64,000 nucleotides of DNA, from contig CAVVHE010000005.1 in NCBI GenBank assembly GCA_963748015.1, positions 384,001 through 448,000 of the forward strand. The letters are read 5' to 3'. Of the stretch, positions 11,710 through 20,763 are shown piece after piece. Under the pieces are notes generated by a model. The model saw nothing but the letters and a program-made list of their open reading frames with translations. It made no database searches and was not told the origin of the DNA. Origin of the DNA: Terriglobia bacterium. Lineage in GTDB: Bacteria > Acidobacteriota > Polarisedimenticolia > Polarisedimenticolales > JAIQFR01. The translations under genes and the position numbers were made by a program. How positions within the stretch are numbered: position 1 is the first letter of the stretch; each line of letters opens with the position of its first letter.

Positions 11710-13749
11710 ATGCCCCACAGAAGACGGCCCCCGACTCTCGCTCTTCTCGCGATGCTCGTGGCGTTTGCCGCGCCAACGGCGCTCCTCGCGCAGGAGCCGC
11801 CGGTACCCTCCTCCGACGCGGAGCTGCGCGCGCTCGTGGAGAAAGCGGGCAACGCGCAGGACAACGGGGGCGCCGACCTCGTGACCGTCTTCAAGCGGAC
11901 GCGCGTCGAGGTCGAGGCGTCGGGCCTCGCGCACATCCACGAGTGGCAGCTCGTGAAGTGCCTGAGCGAGAAGGGGGCCGCCCAGGTCGCGCGCTTGCGG
12001 CTCGACTTCGACCCGACGTCGAACCTCGTCGAGGTCCGCTCGCTGCGCGTGCTGCGCAAGGACGGCGCGATCGACACGGTCCCGCCGGAGAGCGCCGTGG
12101 ACCTGCCGCAGCCGCAGGAGGCGATCTACTGGGGGGCGCGGATGAAGCTCGTGGCGCTCCCGCGCTTGGGCGTCGGCGACGCGTTCGAGGTCAAGACCTA
12201 CATGAAGGGGTTCCTGATCGCCTACCTCGACGAGCTGGGCTCCGGCGGGGGTGGCGCGAGCGGCGGCGCGGACGACGAGAGGTACGTCCCGCCGATGCGC
12301 GGCCACTTCTACGACGTGGTCTACTTCCAGGACGCGACCCCGGTGAAGCTCCGCCACTACGAGGTCACGACACCGCGCGACAAGCCGGTCCAGTTCGAGA
12401 CGTACGGCGGCGAGGTGAAGTCGTACGTCTCGTTCGACGACGGGCGCCTCATCTACCGCTTCTGGAAGGAGAGCCTCCCGGCCTACAAGGCCGAGTCGCG
12501 CTCCGTCGCCGCCGCGGACGTGCAGGCGAAGGTGGTGCTGGCCACGGTCCCGTCCTGGCCCGAGAAGTCGCGCTGGTTCGCCCAGGTCAACGAGCCGCAG
12601 TTCGAGGCGGACGACGCGATCCGCGCGAAGGTGGAGGAGCTGACCCGCGGCCTCGAGACCGACGACGAGAAGGTCGCCGCGATCGTCCACTGGTCGGCCG
12701 ACAACATCCGCTACTCGGGGATCTCGATGGGAAAGGGGGAGGGTTACACCCTCCACACCGGCTCGATGATCTACAACGACCGCTCCGGCGTCTGCAAGGA
12801 CAAGGCGGGAATCGCGATCACGATGCTGCGCGCCGCGGGGTACCCCGCCTACCCGGCGATGACGATGGCGGGAGCGCGCGTCGAGCGGGTCCCGGCCGAC
12901 CAGTTCAACCACTGCGTCGTCGCCCGCAAGAAGGCCGACGGCAGCTTCGAGATGCTCGACCCGACGTGGGTCGTCTTCTCGCCGGAGGTCTGGTCGAGCG
13001 CCGAGGGGGAGCAGCACTACGTGATCGGCACCCCCGAGGGGGAGCAGCTCCAGAAGACCCCCGCGTTCGACCCGGCCGCGAACAAGATCCGCATCGACTC
13101 CGCCGCGTCGCTCGACGCGCAGGGGAACCTCTCCGGCACCCTCGTGATCTCGGGGCTCGGCGTCGCCGAGCAGCGGCTCCGCCGCGAGCTGGTCCACGGC
13201 ATGGCGGCGCGCGACCGCCAGGCCTGGCTCGAGGAGGTCGTCTCGCGCCTCGGCGCGGGCGCGACCGTCGAGAAGGCGCAGGTGGACTACGCGAAGCTCC
13301 AGGACGTGAACGCGCCGCTGCGCCTCGAGGTGCGCTACAGGATCCCGGGGTACGCGCTCGTCTCCGGGAACACGCTGATCGTCGCCCCTCCCGCGTCGCG
13401 CCACCCGATCGCGCAGGGGTCGCTCGCCCCCTACCTCTACGCCGCGGACGACGACACGCGGACCCAGGCGGTGCAGCTCGGCGCGCCGAGGATGATGGAC
13501 GTCAAGGAGACGCTCGCCCTCCCCGCCGGCTTCCGCGTGGCGAGGCTCCCGAAGGACCTCAGCCTTGACGGCAAGGCCGCGTCGCTCGCGACCCGCTCCG
13601 AGGTGAAGGACGGGAAGCTCGCCTACACCTACCAGCTCGTCGTGAAGCGGCGGGAGATACCGGTCGAGGACTACGCGAACTTCCGCGACGTCGTGAGGGA
13701 GGCGAAGGCGCTCCCCGAGGATCCCGTCGTGCTCGAGAGGGGGAGGTAG
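11710..13749 (+). CDS. DUF3857 + transglutaminase-like domain protein (catalytic triad intact)
   Basis: Signal peptide; NIRY...GVCKDKA (Cys), QFNHC (His), LDPT (Asp). Confidence 0.85.
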   Translation: MPHRRRPPTLALLAMLVAFAAPTALLAQEPPVPSSDAELRALVEKAGNAQDNGGADLVTVFKRTRVEVEASGLAHIHEWQLVKCLSEKGAAQVARLRLDFDPTSNLVEVRSLRVLRKDGAIDTVPPESAVDLPQPQEAIYWGARMKLVALPRLGVGDAFEVKTYMKGFLIAYLDELGSGGGGASGGADDERYVPPMRGHFYDVVYFQDATPVKLRHYEVTTPRDKPVQFETYGGEVKSYVSFDDGRLIYRFWKESLPAYKAESRSVAAADVQAKVVLATVPSWPEKSRWFAQVNEPQFEADDAIRAKVEELTRGLETDDEKVAAIVHWSADNIRYSGISMGKGEGYTLHTGSMIYNDRSGVCKDKAGIAITMLRAAGYPAYPAMTMAGARVERVPADQFNHCVVARKKADGSFEMLDPTWVVFSPEVWSSAEGEQHYVIGTPEGEQLQKTPAFDPAANKIRIDSAASLDAQGNLSGTLVISGLGVAEQRLRRELVHGMAARDRQAWLEEVVSRLGAGATVEKAQVDYAKLQDVNAPLRLEVRYRIPGYALVSGNTLIVAPPASRHPIAQGSLAPYLYAADDDTRTQAVQLGAPRMMDVKETLALPAGFRVARLPKDLSLDGKAASLATRSEVKDGKLAYTYQLVVKRREIPVEDYANFRDVVREAKALPEDPVVLERGR

Positions 13750-13751
13750 CC

Positions 13752-15657
13752 ATGCCCAGGATCATCGCCATCGCCCTGCTGGCCGCTCTGGCGTTCCTGG
13801 CGCCGCTCCCCTCCCCCGCCGCGGCGCAGGAGGTCCCGGACTGGGTGCGCAGCGCCCCCGGGAGCGGCGCCCGGCCCGACGAGGACGGCCTCGTCCTGAG
13901 GCAGTACCTGACGCTGACGCTCGGCGCCGACGGCAAGGTCACGAGGCGCAGCGAGACCGCGGTCAAGATGCTGCAGGAGTGGGTCTCGCGCCACGGGTAC
14001 TTCGACCCGCACCTCGACTGGAACGACGCGCGCTCGGAGCTGCGCGTCGAGCAGGCGCGCACCTACATGAAGGACGGCACGATCCGGGACGCCAAGGAGA
14101 ACAGCCTGGTGCCGAACACCGCCCGCGACCTCGAGTGGGCGGTGCCCTACGCGCACATGCGGCAGCTGGTCGTCTCCCAGGTCGGCATCGAGCACGGCGC
14201 CACGTCGGTGCTCGCCTACGTGGTCGCCGACCGCAAGCCCTCCGGCGTGCCGCTGTGGGGAACGGTGAACCTCCGCGACGACTTGCCGGTGCTCGACCAG
14301 TCCATCTCGATTGAGGTGCCCGAGGGAACCGCGTTGAAGTGGGGGGCGACCCGGGCGAAGCTCGCCCCCGAGATCGCGACCCGCGGCGGGAGCGTCTCCT
14401 ACGTCTTCAGGCGGCGCGACGTCCCCGGCGCGACCCTGGCGGAGCTTCCGTCCGGGCGCATCGGGGTCGAGCGGCTCGCCTACAGCACCGCGTCGAGCTG
14501 GGCGGACGCGCGCGCGTGGCTCGAGAAGCGGCTCGAGGCCGCGCTCGCTCCCGACGCTTCGGTGAAGGCGAAGGCCGAGGAGATCGCGGGTGCCTCCGCT
14601 CTCGATCCGGAGCGGATCGCGAAGGTCCACGCGTTCGTCGTGGACGGGGTGCAGACGATCGTCTGGCCGGTCGCGGCGTTCGATTACGCCGTGCGCCCGT
14701 CGGGCGAGATCCTGAAGAGCAGCGTCGGGTACGCGCTCGACAAGGCCGTGCTGCTCGTCGCGATGCTCAGGGCTCTCGGCATCGACGCCAAGGTCGCGCT
14801 GGCCACGTCGGAGCGCGAGATCGCGGCGGACGTTCCCTGTCCGCCGCAGCTCGACGAGGTGTGGGTAAGGGTCCAGTACGGCCCTCACACCGCCTGGCTC
14901 GACCCCACCGCGAGCCCCGACAGGCGGAACCGCTCGCACCTCGCCGGCCGGCAGCTCCTGCTCCTCGACGGGGCCGCGCAGAAGCTCGAGACGCAGCCGG
15001 AGCTCGACGCGGCTTCGAACCGCGGCGCCCTCCGCGTCGAGCTGACGGTCGCGGACGGCGACCGCAAGCTCGAGCTGTCGGGATCGGCCGATCTCGAGCT
15101 CGGCGGCCTCTACAACCCGCTCGTCGCCTTCGACCGCTCGAAGGATCGCGAGACTCCGGTCGCGTCTCGCGCCGTCTCCGCCTTCGGCGGGGCGAAGGTC
15201 AAGGACGTGTACGTCGGCGTCCGGAGCGCCGAGCTGACCGCCCTCCGCGCGACCTTCGCGGGCGGGACGGTGGCGTGGCCGGACTCGGGGCTATGCCCGC
15301 CTCACGCTGCCGCGCGTCCCGGGCGCGATCTCGAGCGCTTCGCTCCAGCTGCACCGGGGGAAGCGAACGCTTCCGCTCGTGGTCCCGGCTCCCGCGAGGG
15401 AGACCGTCGAGACGGTCCTCGAGCTGCCGGAGAAGATCGAGGCGGCCGTGCTCCCCGCGGAAGCGTCGCTCACGAACGCGGCCGGGTCCCTCGTCCGCAC
15501 CGTGCGCCGGGACGGGCGAAAGGTGACGGTGCGCACGCAGCTCACGCTCGCCGCTCCGGTCGTGGAGCCGGAGCGCTACGGGGACTTGCGGGCCCTCTTC
15601 GGCGCGCTCGACGCCGACGCGGGACGAACCGTCCTGCTGCGGAAGAAGGAGTCGTAG
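13752..15657 (+). CDS. Second DUF3857/transglutaminase-like protein, probably catalytically inactive (one frameshift near 15290)
   Basis: Same architecture but GYALDKA and QLDEV replace the Cys and His motifs; removing one G from GGGG near 15288 joins ORF 13752 to ORF 15379-15657. Confidence 0.8.
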
Positions 15658-15666
15658 GGACCCGGG

Positions 15667-15858
15667 TCAGCGCTCGAATTCGCCGACCTGCTCCCAGCTC
15701 AGGATGCCCTCGTCCACCATCTGCTCGAACACGTCGAGGAAGTCCTCGGAGCTGACGGGGCCCGAGCTGTAGACCGACTGCCTCGCAGTGTCGTAGGCCT
15801 GCCGTGGGGTCAAGGTGCGGAGACGGTCGAGGGTCTCGGGATCGAGGACCGCGGCCAT
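15667..15858 (-). CDS. Small hypothetical protein (63 aa)
   Basis: AAGGAGG RBS before ATG 15858; MAAVLDPETLDRLRTL... Confidence 0.7.
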   Translation of the reverse strand: MAAVLDPETLDRLRTLTPRQAYDTARQSVYSSGPVSSEDFLDVFEQMVDEGILSWEQVGEFER

Positions 15859-16010
15859 GGCGCCACCTCCTTGCGACAGGGCCCGGGGGAGGCTTCGGAG
15901 CCGCCGCCGGGGAGCTTTGCGTTGCGAGCCAGCGTGCGGAGCTTCAACCTGAGTATACGCTCGCGCGGGCCCGGATGTTTTGACTACGATCACCGGATCG
16001 GGGAGACGGC

Positions 16011-16676
16011 ATGAGGCGATTCGACCTGGTGGCGTTCGACGTGGACGGGACGCTCGTGGAGCACCCCGAGGAGAGGACCGTCTGGGAGGTGCTCAACCAG
16101 GCGATCACCGGCAGCCGCGACCAGAACCGGGAGCGACTGGCGATGTACCGCGCCGGTACGCTTTCGTATTCCCAGTGGGTCGCGCTCGACGTCGGCGCCT
16201 GGCGTGACGCGGGAGCGACGCGCGACGACCTCGTCGCCGCGTTCGGGCCGCTTCGCCTCGTCGCCGGGGCCCGGGAGGCGATGAGCGCGCTCAAGGAGCG
16301 AGGCGTACGGCTGGCGGTGATCTCCGGCACGCTCGACCTTCTGCTGGACACGCTGTTTCCCGATCACCCGTTCGACGACGTCTACACCAACCGGCTGACG
16401 TTCGGCGCCGGCGGCAGGATCGAGTCGTGGTGGGCCACCCCGTTCGACATGGAGGGGAAGGCCGAGGCGCTGCGCACGATCGCGGCGCGGGAGCGGGTGG
16501 AGCTCTCCCGCTGCGCGTTCGTCGGAGACCACTCGAACGACCTGTCCGCGGCGCGGATCGCCGGGTTCACGGTGGCGTTCAATCCCAAGTGCGAGGAGCT
16601 GGAGCGGATCGCCGGCGCGGTCGTCCGCTCGCCCGACCTGCGCGACGTGCTGCCCCACCTGATCTCCGCATCCTGA
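16011..16676 (+). CDS. HAD-IB family phosphatase (phosphoserine phosphatase-like)
   Basis: FDVDGTL motif I, ISG motif II, K and VGDHSND motifs III/IV. Confidence 0.88.
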   Translation: MRRFDLVAFDVDGTLVEHPEERTVWEVLNQAITGSRDQNRERLAMYRAGTLSYSQWVALDVGAWRDAGATRDDLVAAFGPLRLVAGAREAMSALKERGVRLAVISGTLDLLLDTLFPDHPFDDVYTNRLTFGAGGRIESWWATPFDMEGKAEALRTIAARERVELSRCAFVGDHSNDLSAARIAGFTVAFNPKCEELERIAGAVVRSPDLRDVLPHLISAS

Positions 16677-16948
16677 AAAGAGGACCCCGGACGGCGGACC
16701 GCGGCCGTCGCCCCGGCGTGTCGTTGCCGTTTTCTGTTCGCGGCGATGACGATTCGGGGCGCGCGACGGTCCGCGCCGTCATGCGCCGCAAGGGCGACCG
16801 GTGTTGCCTTCGGCGGCTTTCGAGCGTCCGCGGCCGTGCGAGTCGTCGCACAACTTCAACGCCTGCTTGACGCTCGCCGTTCTCGTCGTACCGACGCCTC
16901 CCGGAACGCGCCGTCGGCCGACTCCGGACATTCTCAAGAACTTCTAGC

Positions 16949-16964
16949 TGGCATCGGCGTTGCT
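16949..16964 (+). promoter_or_regulatory. Putative sigma54 (-24/-12) promoter
   Basis: TGGCATCGGCGTTGCT has exact GG-N10-GC spacing, ~70 bp upstream of ATG 17033. Confidence 0.6.
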
Positions 16965-17032
16965 CTCTTCTCCGCCGCACCCCGCGATTCGGGGACGCAA
17001 AAAACCGAATAACGAAATTGAAGGAGGATAGG

Positions 17033-17470
17033 ATGCGGTGGAGAGTTGCACGGGTGACTTCGTTTTGCATGTCGGGACTGCTGGCGTTCGCGACCCTCGG
17101 ATTCTCTCCGCCCGCCGTCGCGTCCGGCGATCGTCTCTTCGTCAACGTGCCGGAGCCGTTCGAGGTCTCGGGCCAAGTGTTCCCCGCGGGAGAGGTGGCC
17201 GTGCAGCACGTCGGCGAGTCGAGCCCCGCGACCACCGTGGACCAGGTCCGCATCGGGAGCGATTACGTCGGCGTCCTGATCGCGGACAGGAGCCGGGCCG
17301 CGGACCGCGGCCTGCTGTCCTCCTCGCTGGTGTTCGAGCGGGCCGAGAGCGGCCGCCTCGTTCTCGTCGGCTTCACGACCGGGGACGCCCCGGCGGGACG
17401 CCTGTACCTCTATCGCCGGTCTCGTCCCGGCGCGACCGGAGAGCAAGTGGTCCTGATCGCCGGACGGTGA
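17033..17470 (+). CDS. Hypothetical exported protein
   Basis: AAGGAGG RBS; signal peptide; VNVPEPFEVSGQVFPAG beta-rich start. Confidence 0.75.
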   Translation: MRWRVARVTSFCMSGLLAFATLGFSPPAVASGDRLFVNVPEPFEVSGQVFPAGEVAVQHVGESSPATTVDQVRIGSDYVGVLIADRSRAADRGLLSSSLVFERAESGRLVLVGFTTGDAPAGRLYLYRRSRPGATGEQVVLIAGR

Positions 17471-17541
17471 GCGATTCCGGTCGTGACCCGGGCGGCGCCG
17501 GCCGCCTTCCTTGACGTCGTTTCTGCCTCCTCCACCCTCTC

Positions 17542-17587
17542 GAGCCTGCTCCGCCGCGCCCCCGGTGGAGCAGGCTCCTTCTTTTCT
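17542..17587 (+). terminator. Intrinsic terminator
   Basis: GAGCCTGCTCCGCCG / CGGTGGAGCAGGCTC 15-bp stem (one G-U) followed by CTTCTTTTCT. Confidence 0.8.
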
Positions 17588-17634
17588 GCATACTCTCCCT
17601 GCCGCGGCGGCACGGCCGCGGCGGGAGAGAGCGG

Positions 17635-18399
17635 ATGCGGCTGCTGGATGCCCACGCGCACCTCTGCGATCCGGCGTTCGACGCGGACCTCGACGCGGCG
17701 CTCGAGAGAGGGCGCGCGGCGGGGGTGGCCGCCGTGGTCGCCGTGGGCGAGACGCTGGCCGACGCGAGGAAGAACCTCGACATCGCGGCGCGGTTCCCCG
17801 GCACGGTGCTCCCCGCCGCCGGGCTCTATCCCGTCCATCTCGACCCGGAACAGGCCGGGGCGATCGAGGCGCTGATCCGCGACCGGCGTGACGCTCTCGC
17901 GGCGATCGGCGAGGTAGGGCTCGACCACTGGAAGGTCCAGGACGAGCCGGGCCGCGAGGTGCAGCGGGAGATCTTCCTCCGCTTCGTCGCCCTTTCGATC
18001 GAGCTGGACCTGCCGCTCAACGTCCACTCGCGGTCGGCGTCGCGTCACGCCGTCGAGCTGCTCCTCGAGCGCGGGGCGCGCCGCGTGCTGCTCCACGCGT
18101 TCGACGGCAAGGTGGCGACCGCGCTGCCCGCCGTCGAAGCCGGCTATTTCTTCTCGATCCCGCCGTCCGTCGTCCGCTCCCCGCAGAAGCAGAAGCTCGC
18201 GCGGCGCCTGCCCCTCGCGTGCCTGCTCCTCGAGACCGACAGCCCGGTGCTGGGGCCCGCGCCGGGAGTGCGCAACGAGCCGGCGAACCTCGCCGTCGCG
18301 CTCGCGGCGGTGGCGGAGCTCAAGGAGCTTCCCGTCGAGGCGGTGGCCGAGGCCGTCGCCGAGAACGCGCGCCGGCTGTTCGGGAGCGGCGCCGGCTGA
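17635..18399 (+). CDS. tatD: TatD family hydrolase
   Basis: DAHAHL, IGEVGLD, NVHSR, LLHAF and LLETDSP motifs. Confidence 0.92.
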   Translation: MRLLDAHAHLCDPAFDADLDAALERGRAAGVAAVVAVGETLADARKNLDIAARFPGTVLPAAGLYPVHLDPEQAGAIEALIRDRRDALAAIGEVGLDHWKVQDEPGREVQREIFLRFVALSIELDLPLNVHSRSASRHAVELLLERGARRVLLHAFDGKVATALPAVEAGYFFSIPPSVVRSPQKQKLARRLPLACLLLETDSPVLGPAPGVRNEPANLAVALAAVAELKELPVEAVAEAVAENARRLFGSGAG

Positions 18400-18402
18400 G
18401 GG

Positions 18403-18933
18403 TCAGCGCAGGTGTCGCGCCGCGCGGAGCAGCGCGCAGACGGACTTGGCGTCCACGATGTCGCCGCTCTCGGCGCGCGAGACCGCTTCGGCGAGGGGCA
18501 TGCGCTCGACGGTGAGCACCTCGTCGTGCTGGAGGTCCTGCCGCGTCGGCGAGAGGCCGGTGGCGAGGTAGAGCCAGATCTTCTCGTCGGTGAAGCCGGG
18601 GGTGGTGAAGATCCAGCCGAGGGGGGCGAGCTCGCTCGGCCGGTGGCCGGTCTCCTCCTCCACCTCGCGGAGGGCGCAGACGTCGGGCGCCTCGCCGGGG
18701 TCGAGCTTCCCCGCGGGCACCTCGAGGACGTAGCCGCCGGTCGCGTGGCGGTACTGGCGGACGAGGAGCACGTTGCCCTCGCCGTCCACGGGCACGACGG
18801 CCGCCGCGCCGGGGTGGCGAATCAGCTCCAGCTCGCACACGTTGCCGTTGGGGAGGCGAACCTTCTCGACCGAGAGGTCCACGACCCGCCCCTTGAACAC
18901 CCCCCGCCGCTCGACGATCTCGATCTCGGCCAT
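18403..18933 (-). CDS. nudF: NUDIX hydrolase, ADP-ribose pyrophosphatase-like
   Basis: HPGAAAV, VRQYR, Nudix box PAGKLDPGEAPDVCALREVEEETG, PGFTDE, IVDAK. Confidence 0.88.
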   Translation of the reverse strand: MAEIEIVERRGVFKGRVVDLSVEKVRLPNGNVCELELIRHPGAAAVVPVDGEGNVLLVRQYRHATGGYVLEVPAGKLDPGEAPDVCALREVEEETGHRPSELAPLGWIFTTPGFTDEKIWLYLATGLSPTRQDLQHDEVLTVERMPLAEAVSRAESGDIVDAKSVCALLRAARHLR

Positions 18934-19078
18934 GCTCTCTCCGTCGCGCTGTGCGTGCGTAAAGTAAGCGAGCGGGCGGCTCGCGGTCGAATTCGACTGC
19001 GAGCCGCCTGCGGTGCACGTTCGCCCCCATTATGCCGCCGAGCCGGCGATAATGGGTTGGGCCTTCGCGGGGTGAAAC

Positions 19079-20248
19079 GTGAGCGACGAGTCGATCTACC
19101 TGGACCACAACGCGACGACGCCGGTGGCGCCGGAGGTGCTCGAGGCGGTGTGCGCGGCGCTGCGCGACGCGTGGGGAAACCCGTCGTCGGGACACGCGGA
19201 GGGAGCCCGCGCGAGGGCCGCGGTGGAACGGGCGCGCGCGCAGGTGGCCGCGCTCCTCGGATGCGAGCCGGACGAGATTCTCTTCACCAGCGGCGGCACG
19301 GAGTCGGACAACGCGGCGGTGATCGGCGTCGCCGAGGCGCTGGAGTCGAGGGGACGTCACCTCGTGATCTCGGCGATCGAGCACCCCGCGGTGGAGGAGG
19401 CGGCCAGGTACCTCGAGCGGCGCGGGTGGGAGGTCGGCCGCGCCGGGGTGGATCGCGAGGGGCGGGTCGTCGTGGCCGAGGTCGAGGCAGCGCTGCGCCC
19501 CGGCACGGTCCTCGTCTCCGTGATGCACGCGAACAACGAGACCGGCGTCGTGCAGCCGGTCCGCGAGATCGCCGAGCTCGCCCGCGGGCGCGGGATCGTG
19601 GTCCACACCGACGCCGCGCAATCGGCTGGAAAGATCCCCGCGCGTCCCGGCGAGCTGGGTGTCGACCTCCTCGCGATCGCGGGACACAAGCTCTACGCGC
19701 CGAAGGGGGTCGGAGCGCTGTTCCTTCGCCGCGGGACGCCGTTCGCGGGGTTCCTGCGCGGCGCGGGGCACGAGGGGGGCCGCCGCGCCGGGACGGAGAA
19801 CGTCGCCGGGATCGTGGGTCTCGGGGCCGCGTGCGCTCTCGCCGCGCGGGAGATGGACGAGCGGGTGCTTCGCATGGCCGCGGCGCGCGACCGCCTCGAG
19901 TCCGCGCTGCGCGCGAGCTTCCCCGGCCTGGTCGTTCACGGCGCGGCGGCCGTGCGGCTGCCGAACACGCTCTCCGCCGCGATTCCCGGCGTCGACGCGA
20001 ACGCCCTCCTGGCCCGGCTCGACGGCGTCGCGGCATCCGCCGGAGCCGCCTGCCACTCGGGCGGGACGGAGCCCTCCCGCGTCCTCCTAGCCATGGGCGT
20101 CCCCCCCGACCTGGCCCGCTGCACCCTCCGCCTCACCACCGGCCGCTCCACGACCGCGCACGACGCCGACCTCGCCGCCTCCCGCATCGCACTCGGCGTC
20201 GGACGCTACCGGCGTGACGTTTCGGCGACGGGTGACCCGATCCGTTGA
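19079..20248 (+). CDS. Cysteine desulfurase (IscS/NifS class I)
   Basis: YLDHNATTP, GNPSS, FTSGGTESDN, HTDAAQ, GHKLYAPKG, SAGAACHSG. Confidence 0.93.
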   Translation: MSDESIYLDHNATTPVAPEVLEAVCAALRDAWGNPSSGHAEGARARAAVERARAQVAALLGCEPDEILFTSGGTESDNAAVIGVAEALESRGRHLVISAIEHPAVEEAARYLERRGWEVGRAGVDREGRVVVAEVEAALRPGTVLVSVMHANNETGVVQPVREIAELARGRGIVVHTDAAQSAGKIPARPGELGVDLLAIAGHKLYAPKGVGALFLRRGTPFAGFLRGAGHEGGRRAGTENVAGIVGLGAACALAAREMDERVLRMAAARDRLESALRASFPGLVVHGAAAVRLPNTLSAAIPGVDANALLARLDGVAASAGAACHSGGTEPSRVLLAMGVPPDLARCTLRLTTGRSTTAHDADLAASRIALGVGRYRRDVSATGDPIR

Positions 20249-20260
20249 CCGAAAACACGA

Positions 20261-20283
20261 AGGGCGGGGAAGATCCCCGCCCT
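20261..20283 (-). terminator. Hairpin terminator between convergent genes
   Basis: AGGGCGGGGA-AGA-TCCCCGCCCT, followed by a short T-rich tract on the minus strand. Confidence 0.6.
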
Positions 20284-20317
20284 CGTTGAAGTCAACAGCG
20301 GTCGAGCGATCGGCGAG

Positions 20318-20506
20318 CTACTCGATCTTGACGATGCAGTCCACCGGGCAGACGGGGATGCACTTGCTCTCGCCCTCTTCCTGGCACTCGGTGCACTTCA
20401 CGGCATCGATGATGTACCGGTCGTCGCTCTCGGTGATCGCCTCGCGCGGGCACTCCGGCTCGCAGGCGCCGCAGTTGATGCACTCCTCAGTGATCATCAT
20501 GGACAT
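20318..20506 (-). CDS. 2[4Fe-4S] ferredoxin (YfhL-like), 62 aa
   Basis: CINCGACEPECP and CTEC...CIPVCPVDC; AGGAG RBS. Confidence 0.92.
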   Translation of the reverse strand: MSMMITEECINCGACEPECPREAITESDDRYIIDAVKCTECQEEGESKCIPVCPVDCIVKIE

Positions 20507-20763
20507 GGATCGAATCTCCTCTCGGCCGGAATGCGGTGCGGGCCCCGCCTCCACTCCCGGCCACGCGGGAGGCGGACGATCAACATACCGTACCCGGGGA
20601 AGACCACAAGCCGCGGCAGCGACGCAAGTCAAGTGTTTTGAATGGGTTAAAGGGACAATAATTGTCCTCTATCGAACGCGCCGCTGCCGCATTGCGGGAC
20701 GGAAACGCTGCCGGTAGAGTACGCGGGCGGCGGTCGCTTCCATGGAAACGGGGGAATCCCAGC

